Shown here piece by piece: positions 9,917-20,134 of a DNA stretch of 64,000 bases. Each line of letters opens with the position of its first letter. Position 1 is the first letter of the stretch. The stretch covers positions 64,001 to 128,000 of the forward strand of contig CAVUDP010000001.1 of the NCBI GenBank assembly GCA_963740315.1, given 5' to 3'. The translations under genes and the position numbers were made by a program. The notes beneath the pieces are model-generated. The model saw only the letters and a program-made list of their open reading frames with translations. It did no database searches and had not been told where the DNA came from. The stretch comes from an uncultured cyanobacterium. Lineage in GTDB: Bacteria; Cyanobacteriota; Cyanobacteriia; Cyanobacteriales; Nostocaceae.

Positions 9917-10104
9917 GGAGGGGAAGAGGGGGAGAGGGGGAGATGGGGTTCGGGGGAGAGGGGGAGAGGGGGAGATGGGGTTCGGGGGAGAGGGGGAGAG
10001 GGGGAGATGGGGAGAGGGGGAAGAGGGGGAAGAAATTATTTTTAACTGCTAACTCCTAACTCCTCACTCCTAACTCCTCACTCCTAACTCCTCACTCCTC
10101 ACTC
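9917..10104. repeat. STRR-type short tandem repeats (GGGGAGA(G/T) and CTCCT(A/C)A tracts)
   Basis: Direct inspection. Confidence 0.9.
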
Positions 10105-10137
10105 CCCCGATCCGGTGGTTCCTCAATACAGAAATAA

Positions 10138-10170
10138 CCGCTGCAATTACCTAAACATCGGTTGCAGCGG
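10138..10170 (-). terminator. Hairpin downstream of psbT
   Basis: CCGCTGCAA ... TTGCAGCGG inverted repeat. Confidence 0.5.
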
Positions 10171-10222
10171 CTAATTATGATTTAAGTTTTGCCATTAATT
10201 CGGCATTCACTTAACAAATACT

Positions 10223-10330
10223 CTACTTTTCCTCTTTGTTTTCAATCCGAGGAGGTTCGCGAAAGGCGATCGCAAAAAACAGGGTGCCAATCGCCAGTGC
10301 CAAAATCAAAATGTATGCAACACTTTCCAT
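10223..10330 (-). CDS. psbT: Photosystem II reaction center protein T (35 aa)
   Basis: Below the ORF-track cutoff; translates MESVAYILILALAIGTLFFAIAFREPPRIENKEEK; directly downstream of psbB. Confidence 0.95.
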   Translation of the reverse strand: MESVAYILILALAIGTLFFAIAFREPPRIENKEEK

Positions 10331-10482
10331 ATCTTTAAATTCCTGCTGACTATCAGGCTGTAATCCCAGTGTACCAAGCTACAAGAAGTAACGATCGCGT
10401 AAATAAACTAAATTGCTGAATTTTAGTATTATTTCGCGACCGTTCTTTACAATTCTTTACTCAGGAATAAGGAGAAACGCAG

Positions 10483-12012
10483 TTAAGCGGTTTCCCTTGT
10501 ACGAGTAGTTTTGTCTCCCACTTTAGCGAATCTACCCCATTCCACTTGTTCTTCGAGGTCAGCATCAACACCAGCAAATACATCTCGGTAAATTGTCCGA
10601 GAACCATGCCAGATATGACCGAAGAAGAACAATAGCGCGAATACGGCGTGTCCGTAAGTAAACCAACCTCTAGGACTGGTGCGGAATACACCGTCAGAAT
10701 TCAAGGTTTCGGTATCGAAGTCAAAAGGTTCGCCCAATTGAGCTTTACGAGCATATTTCTTCACCTCTACGGGGTCCGTAAAGGTTTTACCGTCAAGGTC
10801 ACCACCGTAGAAGCTAACTGTTACACCAGTTTGCTCGAAGCTGTATTTAGATTCTGCACGACGGAAGGGGATATCAGCGCGGATAACACCATCAGCGTCG
10901 GTAAGAAGCACGGGGAATGTTTCAAAGAAGTTGGGAAGACGACGTACATCTAATACGCGACCTTCACCATCTTTAAATACCGGGTGTCCCAACCAAGAAA
11001 CCGCTATACCAGCACCCTTATTCATCTGACCAGTACGGAATAAACCACCTTTGGCGGGGCTATTACCAACGTAATCAAAGAAAGCGAGTTTTTCAGGTAT
11101 TCTCGACCAAGCTTGCTCTAGGTCTACACCATTCGCAACACTAGATTGGACGCGACGGTCAATTTCTTGTTTGAAATAATTTTGATCCCATTGATAACGA
11201 GTTGGACCAAATAATTCTATGGGAGTCGTGGCGCTACCGTACCACATAGTACCCGCAACTACGAATGCTGCGAAAAATACTGCTGCGATCGAACTCGAAA
11301 GTACGGTTTCGATGTTACCCATCCGCAAAGCTTTATAAAGCCTTTCGGGAGGTCGTACAGTCAAGTGGAATAAACCAGCAATAATTCCGACAATACCAGC
11401 AGCGATGTGGTGTGCTACAACTCCACCAGGGTTAAACGGGTTAAAACCCGCCGGTCCCCATTCTGGCGCTACTGCCTGAATGTGACCCGTTAATCCATAA
11501 GGGTCAGAAATCCACATACCCGGACCAAATAAGCCGGTGAGGTGGAAAGCACCAAAACCAAAGCAAAGAAGACCAGATAAGAAAAGGTGAATACCGAACA
11601 TCTTTGGTAAATCCAAAGCAGGTTCGCCGGTGCGGGGGTCTTGGAACAATTCCAAATCCCAGTAAACCCAGTGCCAAACGGCAGCTAAGAACAACAAACC
11701 GGAAAGAACGATGTGAGCTGCGGCTACACCTTCAAACGACCAGAAACCAGGGTCGCCAGTAGCATTGCCCGTAACGCTCCAACCACCCCAAGACTCGACA
11801 ACACCTAAACGTGCCATAAAGGGAAGTACAAACATCCCTTGCCGCCACATTGGGTTTAGTACGGGGTCTGAAGGATCGAAAATAGCTAGTTCGTATAAAG
11901 CCATCGAACCAGCCCAGCCCGCTACTAAGGCTGTGTGCATTAAATGTACAGAAATAAGCCGTCCTGGATCGTTCAGAACGACTGTATGTACTCGGTACCA
12001 AGGTAGTCCCAT
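10483..12012 (-). CDS. psbB: Photosystem II CP47 chlorophyll-binding protein
   Basis: [30 protein letters not shown]-terminus; full length. Confidence 0.99.
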   Translation of the reverse strand: MGLPWYRVHTVVLNDPGRLISVHLMHTALVAGWAGSMALYELAIFDPSDPVLNPMWRQGMFVLPFMARLGVVESWGGWSVTGNATGDPGFWSFEGVAAAHIVLSGLLFLAAVWHWVYWDLELFQDPRTGEPALDLPKMFGIHLFLSGLLCFGFGAFHLTGLFGPGMWISDPYGLTGHIQAVAPEWGPAGFNPFNPGGVVAHHIAAGIVGIIAGLFHLTVRPPERLYKALRMGNIETVLSSSIAAVFFAAFVVAGTMWYGSATTPIELFGPTRYQWDQNYFKQEIDRRVQSSVANGVDLEQAWSRIPEKLAFFDYVGNSPAKGGLFRTGQMNKGAGIAVSWLGHPVFKDGEGRVLDVRRLPNFFETFPVLLTDADGVIRADIPFRRAESKYSFEQTGVTVSFYGGDLDGKTFTDPVEVKKYARKAQLGEPFDFDTETLNSDGVFRTSPRGWFTYGHAVFALLFFFGHIWHGSRTIYRDVFAGVDADLEEQVEWGRFAKVGDKTTRTRETA

Positions 12013-12384
12013 TGACTACGCTCCTCCTCGAAGAATTATGTTTACAAACAATTTTTTGAGTTTTTGTTATTAGCAAACTGGGATTTTTGCACTAAGCGCG
12101 TCTTAATAAGAAACGCATTAGCTTCCATGACATCCAGCCTCGTCAGAAACCGCTTCTTCGGAGGCAGCAACTGCCATGTAAAAATGAGAATGTTTTAAAA
12201 AGTGTAACTATTGATGGAACTGTTTGCAAGAGTGTTCATATCAACCTTGACACTCATATACGGTAACAGCAATTTAGATGATAATACTTAAAATTCTTTT
12301 CTAATATGGGTCGATGCAACCTGTAAAAGTCCTAATTTTCAGAACTTTTCTCATAAAAGGCAAATCTCTACGACTATTTATAAA

Positions 12385-12402
12385 GTATGTAATTATACTT
12401 AC
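12385..12402. promoter_or_regulatory. Two overlapping candidate NtcA boxes upstream of psbB
   Basis: GTA TGTAATTA TAC (12385-12398) and T-GTA ATTATACT TAC-A (12389-12402). Confidence 0.3.
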
Positions 12403-12544
12403 AGTAATTGTATAGAATAGTCTAAATTTTGTGCGTTCTCAAAATCTTATATATTAGATGTGCCTGGGAGCGAACTAGTAGCCCGAAGCGATTAGCTTTA
12501 TCAAGAACATTGATATTATGTGAAGCAAAATCAAGTAAATGATG

Positions 12545-12880
12545 TTACTTTACAACTGACTGCATATCTTGCAAGTGGCATTTAGCAGAAGCATTTCCCA
12601 AACGTTGGATAACTTGTTCGGCGCTAATTAAACGCTTTAAAACTACTTGACCGATATTTTGAGGTGGTTTTTGTGGCGGCACAGACAATACTGGCTGAAC
12701 TTCCACGGTGACAATCGCATCTTCAACTTGATAAAGCCACATCACGTTGCTATCTTCGACCAAACAAATATTTAATCGTTCAATTTCTGGTTGCCGTCGC
12801 CATGCATTCACTTGCCACAATCCATCATATGCCCATACTCTGCCAACTTTCCAGCCATCGGACAAGAAAAAATATTTCAC
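12545..12880 (-). CDS. Conserved cyanobacterial hypothetical protein
   Basis: GTG start; KYFFLSDGWKVGRVW...IGQVVLKRLISAEQVI. Confidence 0.75.
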   Translation of the reverse strand: MKYFFLSDGWKVGRVWAYDGLWQVNAWRRQPEIERLNICLVEDSNVMWLYQVEDAIVTVEVQPVLSVPPQKPPQNIGQVVLKRLISAEQVIQRLGNASAKCHLQDMQSVVK

Positions 12881-13163
12881 GTTTTATATCCCGTTAAGAG
12901 GTTAAGAGGTTAAAGGTCAAAGGTCTGCATGTCAAAGGTGATTGCTACTTTGTTCACTTTAAAATTAGTATTCCTTTATATTTGCATTCCATTTAACTGA
13001 CGAGGCGACTTTCTTAACACTACTCGTACAGCTGCAATCGGAACTTAACACACGAGAAAAGCTTATCAAACCTCTTGCCACTAAATTGGTAGTTTAAGAT
13101 AAATTTCGCTGCGTTTAATATTTTTTATGCGGAAAATAAGTTGAATTAGCGAATTGGGAAGAG

Positions 13164-13404
13164 TGAGAGGGGGGAGATGGGGTTCGGGGGAGAGGGGGAG
13201 ATGGGGTTCGGGGGAGATGGGGGGATGGGGAGATGGGGGGATGGGGAGATGGGGGGTACTTCGACAAGCTCAGTAACCTTTGGGGAGATGGGGAGAAAAG
13301 GGGACAAGGGGACAAGGTAAATAATTTGTAATTCCTCATTCCTAACTCTTAACTCATCACTCCTAACACTTTAACCTTTGACCTTTGACCTTTAACCTTT
13401 AACC
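13164..13404. repeat. STRR tracts with an embedded 24-nt small dispersed repeat (13255-13278)
   Basis: GGGGAGAT repeats interrupted by GGTACTTCGACAAGCTCAGTAACC; followed by CCTAACT and ACCTTT(G/A) tracts. Confidence 0.85.
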
Positions 13405-13480
13405 TTCTAGAGATATTGTCAAACATATAGTAAAATATCTCACCGCTTATTTTAATTTATTAATTGAATACAATACTGCT

Positions 13481-15118
13481 ATGAATTTGTTTTCCTTGTC
13501 TATAAGGCAGTTGGGGCGAATTAGATTGTTATTCTCCCTGTTCTGCATTTGTATATTATTGGTTTCTAGTTGCGCTAGTAACGATATAAATCCTTCTGCT
13601 TCTGCTTCTGGAAATGGTCGGATTACTATCGGTACTACGGCGAAACCGCGTACTCTCGATCCAGCAGATGCTTATGAGTTGTCTTCGCTGTCGCTGGTGT
13701 ACAACATGAGCGATCGCCTTTACACTTACGAATCTGGAAGTACGGAACTCAAGCCACAACTGGCTACGGCTTTACCTACGATTAGCGCGGATGGTTTAAC
13801 TTATACTATTCCCATTCGTCAGGGTGTGGTGTATCACGACGGTACGAAGTTCGATGCCAAGGCGATGGAGTTTAGTTTGCGTCGTTTTATTGAAAATAAA
13901 GGTAAGCCATCTTTTTTACTCTCCGATAGCGTGGAATCGGTAAAAGCCACGGGAGAATATGAATTAACAATTAAATTAAAACAACCTTTTGCAGCTTTTA
14001 CTTCTTTGCTGGCTTTTGCTGGAGTTCCCGCGCTTTCTCCCAAAGCTTACGAAATAGGTGAAGGGAAATTTGAACCAAATAAATTTGTCGGAACCGGACC
14101 TTATAAATTAACTAAATTTGGCACAGATTCCCTGACATTCGATGTATTCGAGCAATATTGGGGAGAAAAACCCGCGAATAAAGGTGTTAACGTCCAAATT
14201 CTCAGCAGCGGCGTGAATTTGTACAACGGCTTTCGTAAACAAGGCGTAGATGTTGCTTATGTTAGTTTAGATCCCGACCAAATTACAAGTTTGGAGAAAA
14301 TGTCCAGAGACGGTAAATGGTTAGCAATTCCCAACGAAGGTAGCGTAGTTAGTTATTTGACACTCAACCGCAACCAAAAACCCTTAGATATACCGGAAGT
14401 GAGACAGGCGATCGCCGCGATGGTTGACCGTAAATTGATATATGACAGAGTATTATACGGTCAAGCGGAAGCAGTTTACAGCATGATTCCCACAACCTTT
14501 GAAGTTTATCAACCAGTATTCAAAGAAAAATACGGCGAAGGTGGTAATCCCGAAATAGCAAAAGAATTGCTCAGAAAAGCAGGTTTTTCCAAAGAGAATC
14601 CGGCTGTAGTAGAAGTTTGGTATCCTTCAAGTTCGGCAACTCGCAGTTTAACAGCATTGGTTTTGGACGCTCTGGCTAAAAAAACAATGGATGGAATACT
14701 AGTATTTGAAGTGAATACAGTTGAATCTACATCCGCTTTCAAAAACATTGGCGAAGGTTTATACCCAGCATTTTTACTTGATTGGTATCCTGACTTTTTA
14801 GATGCAGATAATTACATTCAGCCATTTTTATCATGCGAACAAGGTTCTCAAGAGAAAGGATGTGAAAAAGGAGGAAGTCAAAGTCAAGGTTCCTTTTTCT
14901 ACAGTCAACGGATGAACGAATTAATTAACCAACAACGCCAAGAACAAGATCCACAAAAACGCAAAAAAATCTTTGCAGAAATTCAAGAAGTATTAGCGAA
15001 TGAAGTACCTTACGTTCCCTTGTGGCAAAGTAAAGATTATGTATTTGCACAAAACGGAATTACCGGAGTGCAATTAGATCCTACTCAGATTTTAATATAT
15101 AGGAATATTAAGAAATAG
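13481..15118 (+). CDS. Peptide ABC transporter substrate-binding lipoprotein (family 5)
   Basis: Lipobox LVSSC; TLDPA, FVGTGPYKL and VPYVPLWQ motifs. Confidence 0.9.
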   Translation: MNLFSLSIRQLGRIRLLFSLFCICILLVSSCASNDINPSASASGNGRITIGTTAKPRTLDPADAYELSSLSLVYNMSDRLYTYESGSTELKPQLATALPTISADGLTYTIPIRQGVVYHDGTKFDAKAMEFSLRRFIENKGKPSFLLSDSVESVKATGEYELTIKLKQPFAAFTSLLAFAGVPALSPKAYEIGEGKFEPNKFVGTGPYKLTKFGTDSLTFDVFEQYWGEKPANKGVNVQILSSGVNLYNGFRKQGVDVAYVSLDPDQITSLEKMSRDGKWLAIPNEGSVVSYLTLNRNQKPLDIPEVRQAIAAMVDRKLIYDRVLYGQAEAVYSMIPTTFEVYQPVFKEKYGEGGNPEIAKELLRKAGFSKENPAVVEVWYPSSSATRSLTALVLDALAKKTMDGILVFEVNTVESTSAFKNIGEGLYPAFLLDWYPDFLDADNYIQPFLSCEQGSQEKGCEKGGSQSQGSFFYSQRMNELINQQRQEQDPQKRKKIFAEIQEVLANEVPYVPLWQSKDYVFAQNGITGVQLDPTQILIYRNIKK

Positions 15119-15337
15119 GGAATTGGGGATTGGGCATTGGGGATTGGCAATGGGTATACGCCCGCACGCTCCGCGTGAATGGTAATTGGGCATTGGAAAA
15201 AGTAAACCCTAATCCGCCGACGGTTGCAAACCGCCGTCTAACAGCGAAAGTCCTCTAAAAGAGGACTGAATAAAGTTGAAATGGAATATATAAATGTATC
15301 GACTTGCAAATGAAAAAATATCTATCTAATAGATTGG

Positions 15338-15394
15338 GTAGTGCGAGCATCTTGCTCGCTTGAGACATACTAGCGGGCAAGATGCCCGCACTAC
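15338..15394. repeat. GTAG-type REP doublet
   Basis: GTAGTGCGAGCATCTTGCTCGCT ... AGCGGGCAAGATGCCCGCACTAC inverted arms. Confidence 0.85.
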
Positions 15395-15545
15395 AAATTT
15401 AAACATTTGAGAAGTTCCCAGATAAACAATTAACATTATCAAAAAACAAATATCCCATGCCCAATCCCCCATGCCCATTCCTAACTCCGGTGGTCCTAAC
15501 TCCTAACTTTCAATCCAAAATTCAAAATCTAAAATCCAAAATTCT

Positions 15546-16571
15546 ATGTCTCGTTCAAAAGCTTTAGCGTATTACGTTACTACTCGTTTGTTGCTGGCTC
15601 CGCTGCAAATTCTGACTATTGTGACTATCGTTTTTCTATTACTTAGAGCCACTCCTGGGGACCCAGTTGATGCTATTTTGGGTGGACGTGCGCCGGAAAG
15701 TGCGAAGGAAGAATTACGGACGCAATTAGGTTTAGATTTACCTTTGTGGTTGCAATATTTTAGATACTTGGGTAAATTGCTTGTCTTGGATATGGGCGAA
15801 TCTACAACCAGTCGGGGACAGAAAGTTTGGGAGATTATTTGGCAGTATTTCCCAGCAACGGCAGAATTAGCAATATTTGCGATTATAGTTGCTCTGGTTG
15901 TGGGTATTACTGTTGGTACTATTTCCGCTTCTCGTCCCGGTACAGCACTCGATTTAGGCGGTAGATTGTTCGGCACTATTACTTATGCACTGCCGATGTT
16001 TTGGGCAGGAATGATACTACAGTTAATATTCGCTGTTTGGTTGGGTTGGTTTCCTTTGGGAACAAGATTTCCAGCAACTATGGGTTCTCCAGAAGGTTTG
16101 ACTGGGTTATATACAATAGATAGTCTTTTAAGCCTTAATTTTGGTCAATTCTTTACAGCCATACAATATTTGGTACTGCCTTGCTGTACCTTGGGAATAT
16201 TACTCAGCGGTATTTTCGAGCGGATTGTGCGGGTAAATTTACAGCAAACCATGCAGTCGGATTATGTGGAAGCAGCAAGAGCGAGGGGGATTCAAGAAAG
16301 AAAGATTTTGGTTTCCCACGCTTTGAGAAATGCATTAATTCCCGTGATTACCGTGTTGGGATTAACCTTTGCATCCTTGCTTGGTGGAGCAGTATTAACC
16401 GAAGTAACATTTTCGTGGCCGGGATTAGCGAATCGGTTGTTTCAAGGAATTAGCGAAAGGGATTATCCCACAGTGCAGGGAATCATGATATTTTTCGGGA
16501 CAATTGTTGTCGGAGCGAGTATTTTGATTGATATTTTGAATGCTTATGTAGATCCGAGAATTCGGTATTAG
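15546..16571 (+). CDS. Peptide ABC transporter permease (DppB/OppB-like)
   Basis: PGDPVD, EAA loop (DYVEAARARGI), C-terminal VDPRIRY. Confidence 0.92.
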   Translation: MSRSKALAYYVTTRLLLAPLQILTIVTIVFLLLRATPGDPVDAILGGRAPESAKEELRTQLGLDLPLWLQYFRYLGKLLVLDMGESTTSRGQKVWEIIWQYFPATAELAIFAIIVALVVGITVGTISASRPGTALDLGGRLFGTITYALPMFWAGMILQLIFAVWLGWFPLGTRFPATMGSPEGLTGLYTIDSLLSLNFGQFFTAIQYLVLPCCTLGILLSGIFERIVRVNLQQTMQSDYVEAARARGIQERKILVSHALRNALIPVITVLGLTFASLLGGAVLTEVTFSWPGLANRLFQGISERDYPTVQGIMIFFGTIVVGASILIDILNAYVDPRIRY

Positions 16572-16622
16572 GTGATTGGTAATTGGTAATTGGTAATTGG
16601 TGATTGGTGATTGGTTTTGTAG

Positions 16623-16656
16623 GGTGCCGTTAGTAGGAGAGTACGGCACCTTTTTT
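16623..16656 (+). terminator. Rho-independent terminator
   Basis: GGTGCCGT...ACGGCACC followed by TTTTTT. Confidence 0.7.
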
Positions 16657-16865
16657 ATGTATAAGATACGCAATAAATCAGTTTCCCCCAACCGCTTTTT
16701 CGCTTTTTATAGTTTTGACGTTCAAACCCACGTTAATAAGTACTCCCCATGATTATTAACTAATAATTTGGCATACCAGGTACTGACCTTTTTGTTTTAG
16801 TCCTGTTAAAGATTTTTTGGTAACAATTGAGAACATAAATTGTGTACCTAACTCAACCTAGTAAC

Positions 16866-18317
16866 TTACTTTCTGTTCCCCCTATTTTTTAAATTGGAAC
16901 CTATACCTAAAATACCTAATGTCAGCAAACCTAGTATGGAAGTCGGTTCTGGAACTGATGCTATATCACGGTCGATTTTGAGTTCCGTAATCTGGGTAGA
17001 CCAAATGTCTTCAGCCGAAACAAATTCTTGAAATGTCCAAAAAGTTAAAGGATCGCTTGGATCTATTACAGTCGCACTGTAGTCACCCCACCGATTGCGT
17101 CCAGTGCCGAAAGTTACTTCATAATCTGCTACACCTTCCTTCAATAATAAGGGAGTATCGAAGGTTGTCACTCCACCAACAGTTTGAGCTAACGCAGCAT
17201 AGGAACTAACAAATTGGTTTTCACCAGAACCGCTGAAGCCAATAGCCACATCATCAAACTCGTTGACGGCAATCGAACCATAGTAAAAATCTAGATTGGG
17301 GTCACTAATCAGACCTTCTTGTTGTAGTTGATTGGTATCGGCATCAATCTGAAACCAGCGCATGGCAGCACGTCCGGTACCGTCATTTACAGTGTGAACT
17401 CCCCAAAAAGAATCATTTTGTAAAACTAAGTTGGCATGAAATACGCTACCATTAGCTATTTCTAGATTCTGTTTGTCACCAGGTTGCTCGGCACTAAACC
17501 GAGAAGAGAATGGCGTGACAGAAACTAATCCACCGGAGGTATCCAAGCTCGGTGAGATTATATCCCCGGTGATATTCGAGCGCTTAAATGAACCGGAAAA
17601 TGTATTAAAGCTAGAAAAAATTGCGGCGGGGAGTTCTGTATCGTCCAAATCAACAACAGGTTGCACGGTAAATCCCGTATCTGAAGTAAAATTATTTTCA
17701 AATTTGGTTGTACGAGCAACTGTTGGTGTAGCCCCTAATAAGTCATTCTTAGGTACTGCAACAAATGTTGTTCTAATGCCTCCTGAAGTAATCGGAAACA
17801 TATTTGCTGATAGATAAACCCCATCTTTGTTAAATCCAATGCTCGGGTAATCTACCCAACGTTGATTAGTTGAATCACCATCAATAGCAAAAGCATTCCA
17901 ACCCTGAGTTGGATCGTTCGTTTTAGATGCAGCTAGAAGAAAGCTGCTTTCACTACTTCTTCTATCAGCAGCAGAAACAGCAAACCATCGCTCGCTAAAT
18001 GGATCGTAGACAATTCTGGGGTCGAAAACGTCAAATCTATTTACCCCAGCATCTGTCCAAAATTGGCTAAGGGTACTGGTTTGAACTTTTTGACCTGTAG
18101 ATTTATCATAAACAGAGTATCGTCCATTGATCAGTTCAACAATATGCTCCGAGCCAACTGCACCCATTGTGTCCGGCGGTATAAAAAAACTATCGATTTG
18201 ACGAGTACTACTGGTAAAATTTAGCCCTAAATTGACAGTTACTGCTTCTACAGGAACTGAAATTCCTAGAGTTGAAGTGATAACTAACGATGCAAGACTT
18301 TTCTGAATGAGTTTCAT
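16866..18317 (-). CDS. Secreted PEP-CTERM sorting-domain protein
   Basis: Signal peptide (...VPVEA), PPDTMGAVG and RWGDYS motifs, C-terminal VPEP + TM helix + basic tail. Confidence 0.85.
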   Translation of the reverse strand: MKLIQKSLASLVITSTLGISVPVEAVTVNLGLNFTSSTRQIDSFFIPPDTMGAVGSEHIVELINGRYSVYDKSTGQKVQTSTLSQFWTDAGVNRFDVFDPRIVYDPFSERWFAVSAADRRSSESSFLLAASKTNDPTQGWNAFAIDGDSTNQRWVDYPSIGFNKDGVYLSANMFPITSGGIRTTFVAVPKNDLLGATPTVARTTKFENNFTSDTGFTVQPVVDLDDTELPAAIFSSFNTFSGSFKRSNITGDIISPSLDTSGGLVSVTPFSSRFSAEQPGDKQNLEIANGSVFHANLVLQNDSFWGVHTVNDGTGRAAMRWFQIDADTNQLQQEGLISDPNLDFYYGSIAVNEFDDVAIGFSGSGENQFVSSYAALAQTVGGVTTFDTPLLLKEGVADYEVTFGTGRNRWGDYSATVIDPSDPLTFWTFQEFVSAEDIWSTQITELKIDRDIASVPEPTSILGLLTLGILGIGSNLKNRGNRK

Positions 18318-18835
18318 TTTTGGGGTTGCTCAATCAAGAGATAAGTAGATGGTGAAGTACCAATTTCATTGATGAATTCAGTATTTATTCTTACTTATAA
18401 TATCAGCAACACCGTACTTAGATTGTCGTATAAAATACATTGAATTTGGAATCATAAAATATGAAACCTCACCTTCAATAACTTTAACTTTTAATAATTT
18501 TTAACAGCTGCCACGGTGGGTTTTTCTTATGTAGTGGAGGTTTCAGCCGCCGAATAATTTCAAATTAAACATCTTCTCTTAACCCAAACCCGTTATAACA
18601 AGAATAGGCAACAGCGACCGAGCGCACTAATGCTACCTTGAATTCTCTTTCCACAAGCGCATCTGTTTTTTTACTTTCTCGTCAAACCCAGATCGAAATT
18701 TTGACTGTTCGTTGTAATAAGTATCTGTCCAAATAGTTTTAGAGTCGTATTTAGCTTTTTGTAAATAGACATGGAGATCCCCCCAACCCCCCGCTAATTT
18801 GGGGGACTTTGCGTAGCTTTTACGACGCTAATTCA

Positions 18836-18884
18836 TAACCCACGCAGGTGGGTTTCGCTTGTGTAACCGTGAATTATATTCGCC
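18836..18884 (+). repeat. Dispersed repeat TAACCCACGCAGGTGGGTTTCG... (copy 1)
   Basis: 22-nt identical core with 19963-20011; a degenerate copy lies near 18510-18552. Confidence 0.85.
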
Positions 18885-18908
18885 AGATAAAATTAATCCG
18901 CTAAAATC

Positions 18909-19547
18909 TCAACCCAACTCACAAATCGCTTTCAAAACCTGCAACAACTCAACTGCTCGCTCGGATTCCATCAAGTTTAACAACGGCATTAACTGATATG
19001 TCGGAGGATTTCCCTGTTGAATATACACAAATTGATAAATCCTTCCGTTCGTAGTCAAACCCCAAACTGATTTTTGATGTTCTAAACATTCATATGCATA
19101 AGTAAGCAATTGCGGTAAACCTTCAAACACATCAACACCGCTATTCTTTGATTCAATTACCAAAACCCAAAAATACAATTTAGCTGCGTTTAATTTTGCT
19201 TTATTAACAGCTAAAATATCCAATCTACCTGTAACTTTTGTATCTTCGTCTTCAATAACTATATCGGCAATATTTTCTTCTAAAGCAATTTTGATGGGAG
19301 AGCGATAAAAGCCTGCTAATCGCATTAATGGAAAGACTGTTAACGCTTTAACCAATCCTTCTAATACTTTACTTTCTATAATATAGTTATCAAAATCCGT
19401 GCGAATTTGTAATATTTCTTGCCGTTCAAATTCGGTTAAAGGTTCGAGAGATAACAATGATGTAAATGAATCATTGTATTGCCTTTGATAGCCGAAAAGA
19501 CGGTGGATATCTCCTATTGATAAATTTTTACTTTGGAGAATTGCCAT
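18909..19547 (-). CDS. Restriction-endonuclease-like (PD-(D/E)xK, HsdR-N-like) protein
   Basis: GRLDILAV...VIESK...QLLTY...WGLTTNG pattern. Confidence 0.75.
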   Translation of the reverse strand: MAILQSKNLSIGDIHRLFGYQRQYNDSFTSLLSLEPLTEFERQEILQIRTDFDNYIIESKVLEGLVKALTVFPLMRLAGFYRSPIKIALEENIADIVIEDEDTKVTGRLDILAVNKAKLNAAKLYFWVLVIESKNSGVDVFEGLPQLLTYAYECLEHQKSVWGLTTNGRIYQFVYIQQGNPPTYQLMPLLNLMESERAVELLQVLKAICELG

Positions 19548-19719
19548 AGGTTTAATTATTTATGGTTTGTTAAATTAGCCTTCACAACCGCCTTGGAATA
19601 AATTCCCAGGCTTAAAAACAAAGTCTGATAAATCAGACTGGGTAAGGCATAAGGTGCGTTTTCAACGTACTTTGTTATGGGTTCCTTGAAATTAATTTCT
19701 ATTCAGAGTGTAGGCAATA

Positions 19720-19941
19720 TTAAACAATCCCATCTCCTACAACATTATCCCAAACAGCAATTTCAGCTTGATATTCGCAGTCTTGAGCATCCTTTTGTAG
19801 AGCCGTAATCATTTGTAATTCTAAACTACAGCGACGATATTCTGCTAAAACTGCATTTATGTAAGCACTGCGATTTCCTTTTGCTTGGGAATCTACAAAT
19901 TGAAAAATGTCATCTTCTAAAATAATTGTGATTTTATGCAT
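19720..19941 (-). CDS. CopG/MazE-like type II antitoxin (ribbon-helix-helix)
   Basis: KITIIL...NRSAYINAVL RHH pattern and C-terminal EIAVWDNVVGDG. Confidence 0.7.
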   Translation of the reverse strand: MHKITIILEDDIFQFVDSQAKGNRSAYINAVLAEYRRCSLELQMITALQKDAQDCEYQAEIAVWDNVVGDGIV

Positions 19942-19962
19942 AATCTAAATCCTACCAATTCT

Positions 19963-20011
19963 TAACCCACGCAGGTGGGTTTCGTCTGTGTAGATGCGGT
20001 AACAAAGCGCC
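19963..20011 (+). repeat. Dispersed repeat TAACCCACGCAGGTGGGTTTCG... (copy 2)
   Basis: Matches 18836-18884. Confidence 0.85.
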
Positions 20012-20134
20012 AGGTATTTTTCCCCAATCTCAAATTTTATCTTTGAAAATTCGCCAAATAAATCACAATCAAACATCCCCTCTTAACCCAAAACCGTTAT
20101 AACAATAATAAGAAGCTGTAGATGGGGCAATTAG

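Noticed and set aside
9717..10222. Absence of nrdR between psbT and the S1 gene
   Set aside because: The psbT-nrdR-rpsA order is not universal in cyanobacteria and no remnant is visible
10461..12076. Alternative-frame and antisense ORFs over psbB, and similar short ORFs over other long genes
   Set aside because: They overlap confidently identified genes and have no independent motifs
13115..13339. Pro/Ser-rich 74-aa ORF
   Set aside because: Translation of STRR tracts
18633..18779. Start-less 48-codon minus-strand frame (DLHVYLQKAKYDSKTIWTDTYYNEQ...WKENSR*), possibly a gene remnant cut by a dispersed repeat
   Set aside because: No recognisable homology by eye; needs tBLASTn before it can be called a pseudogene
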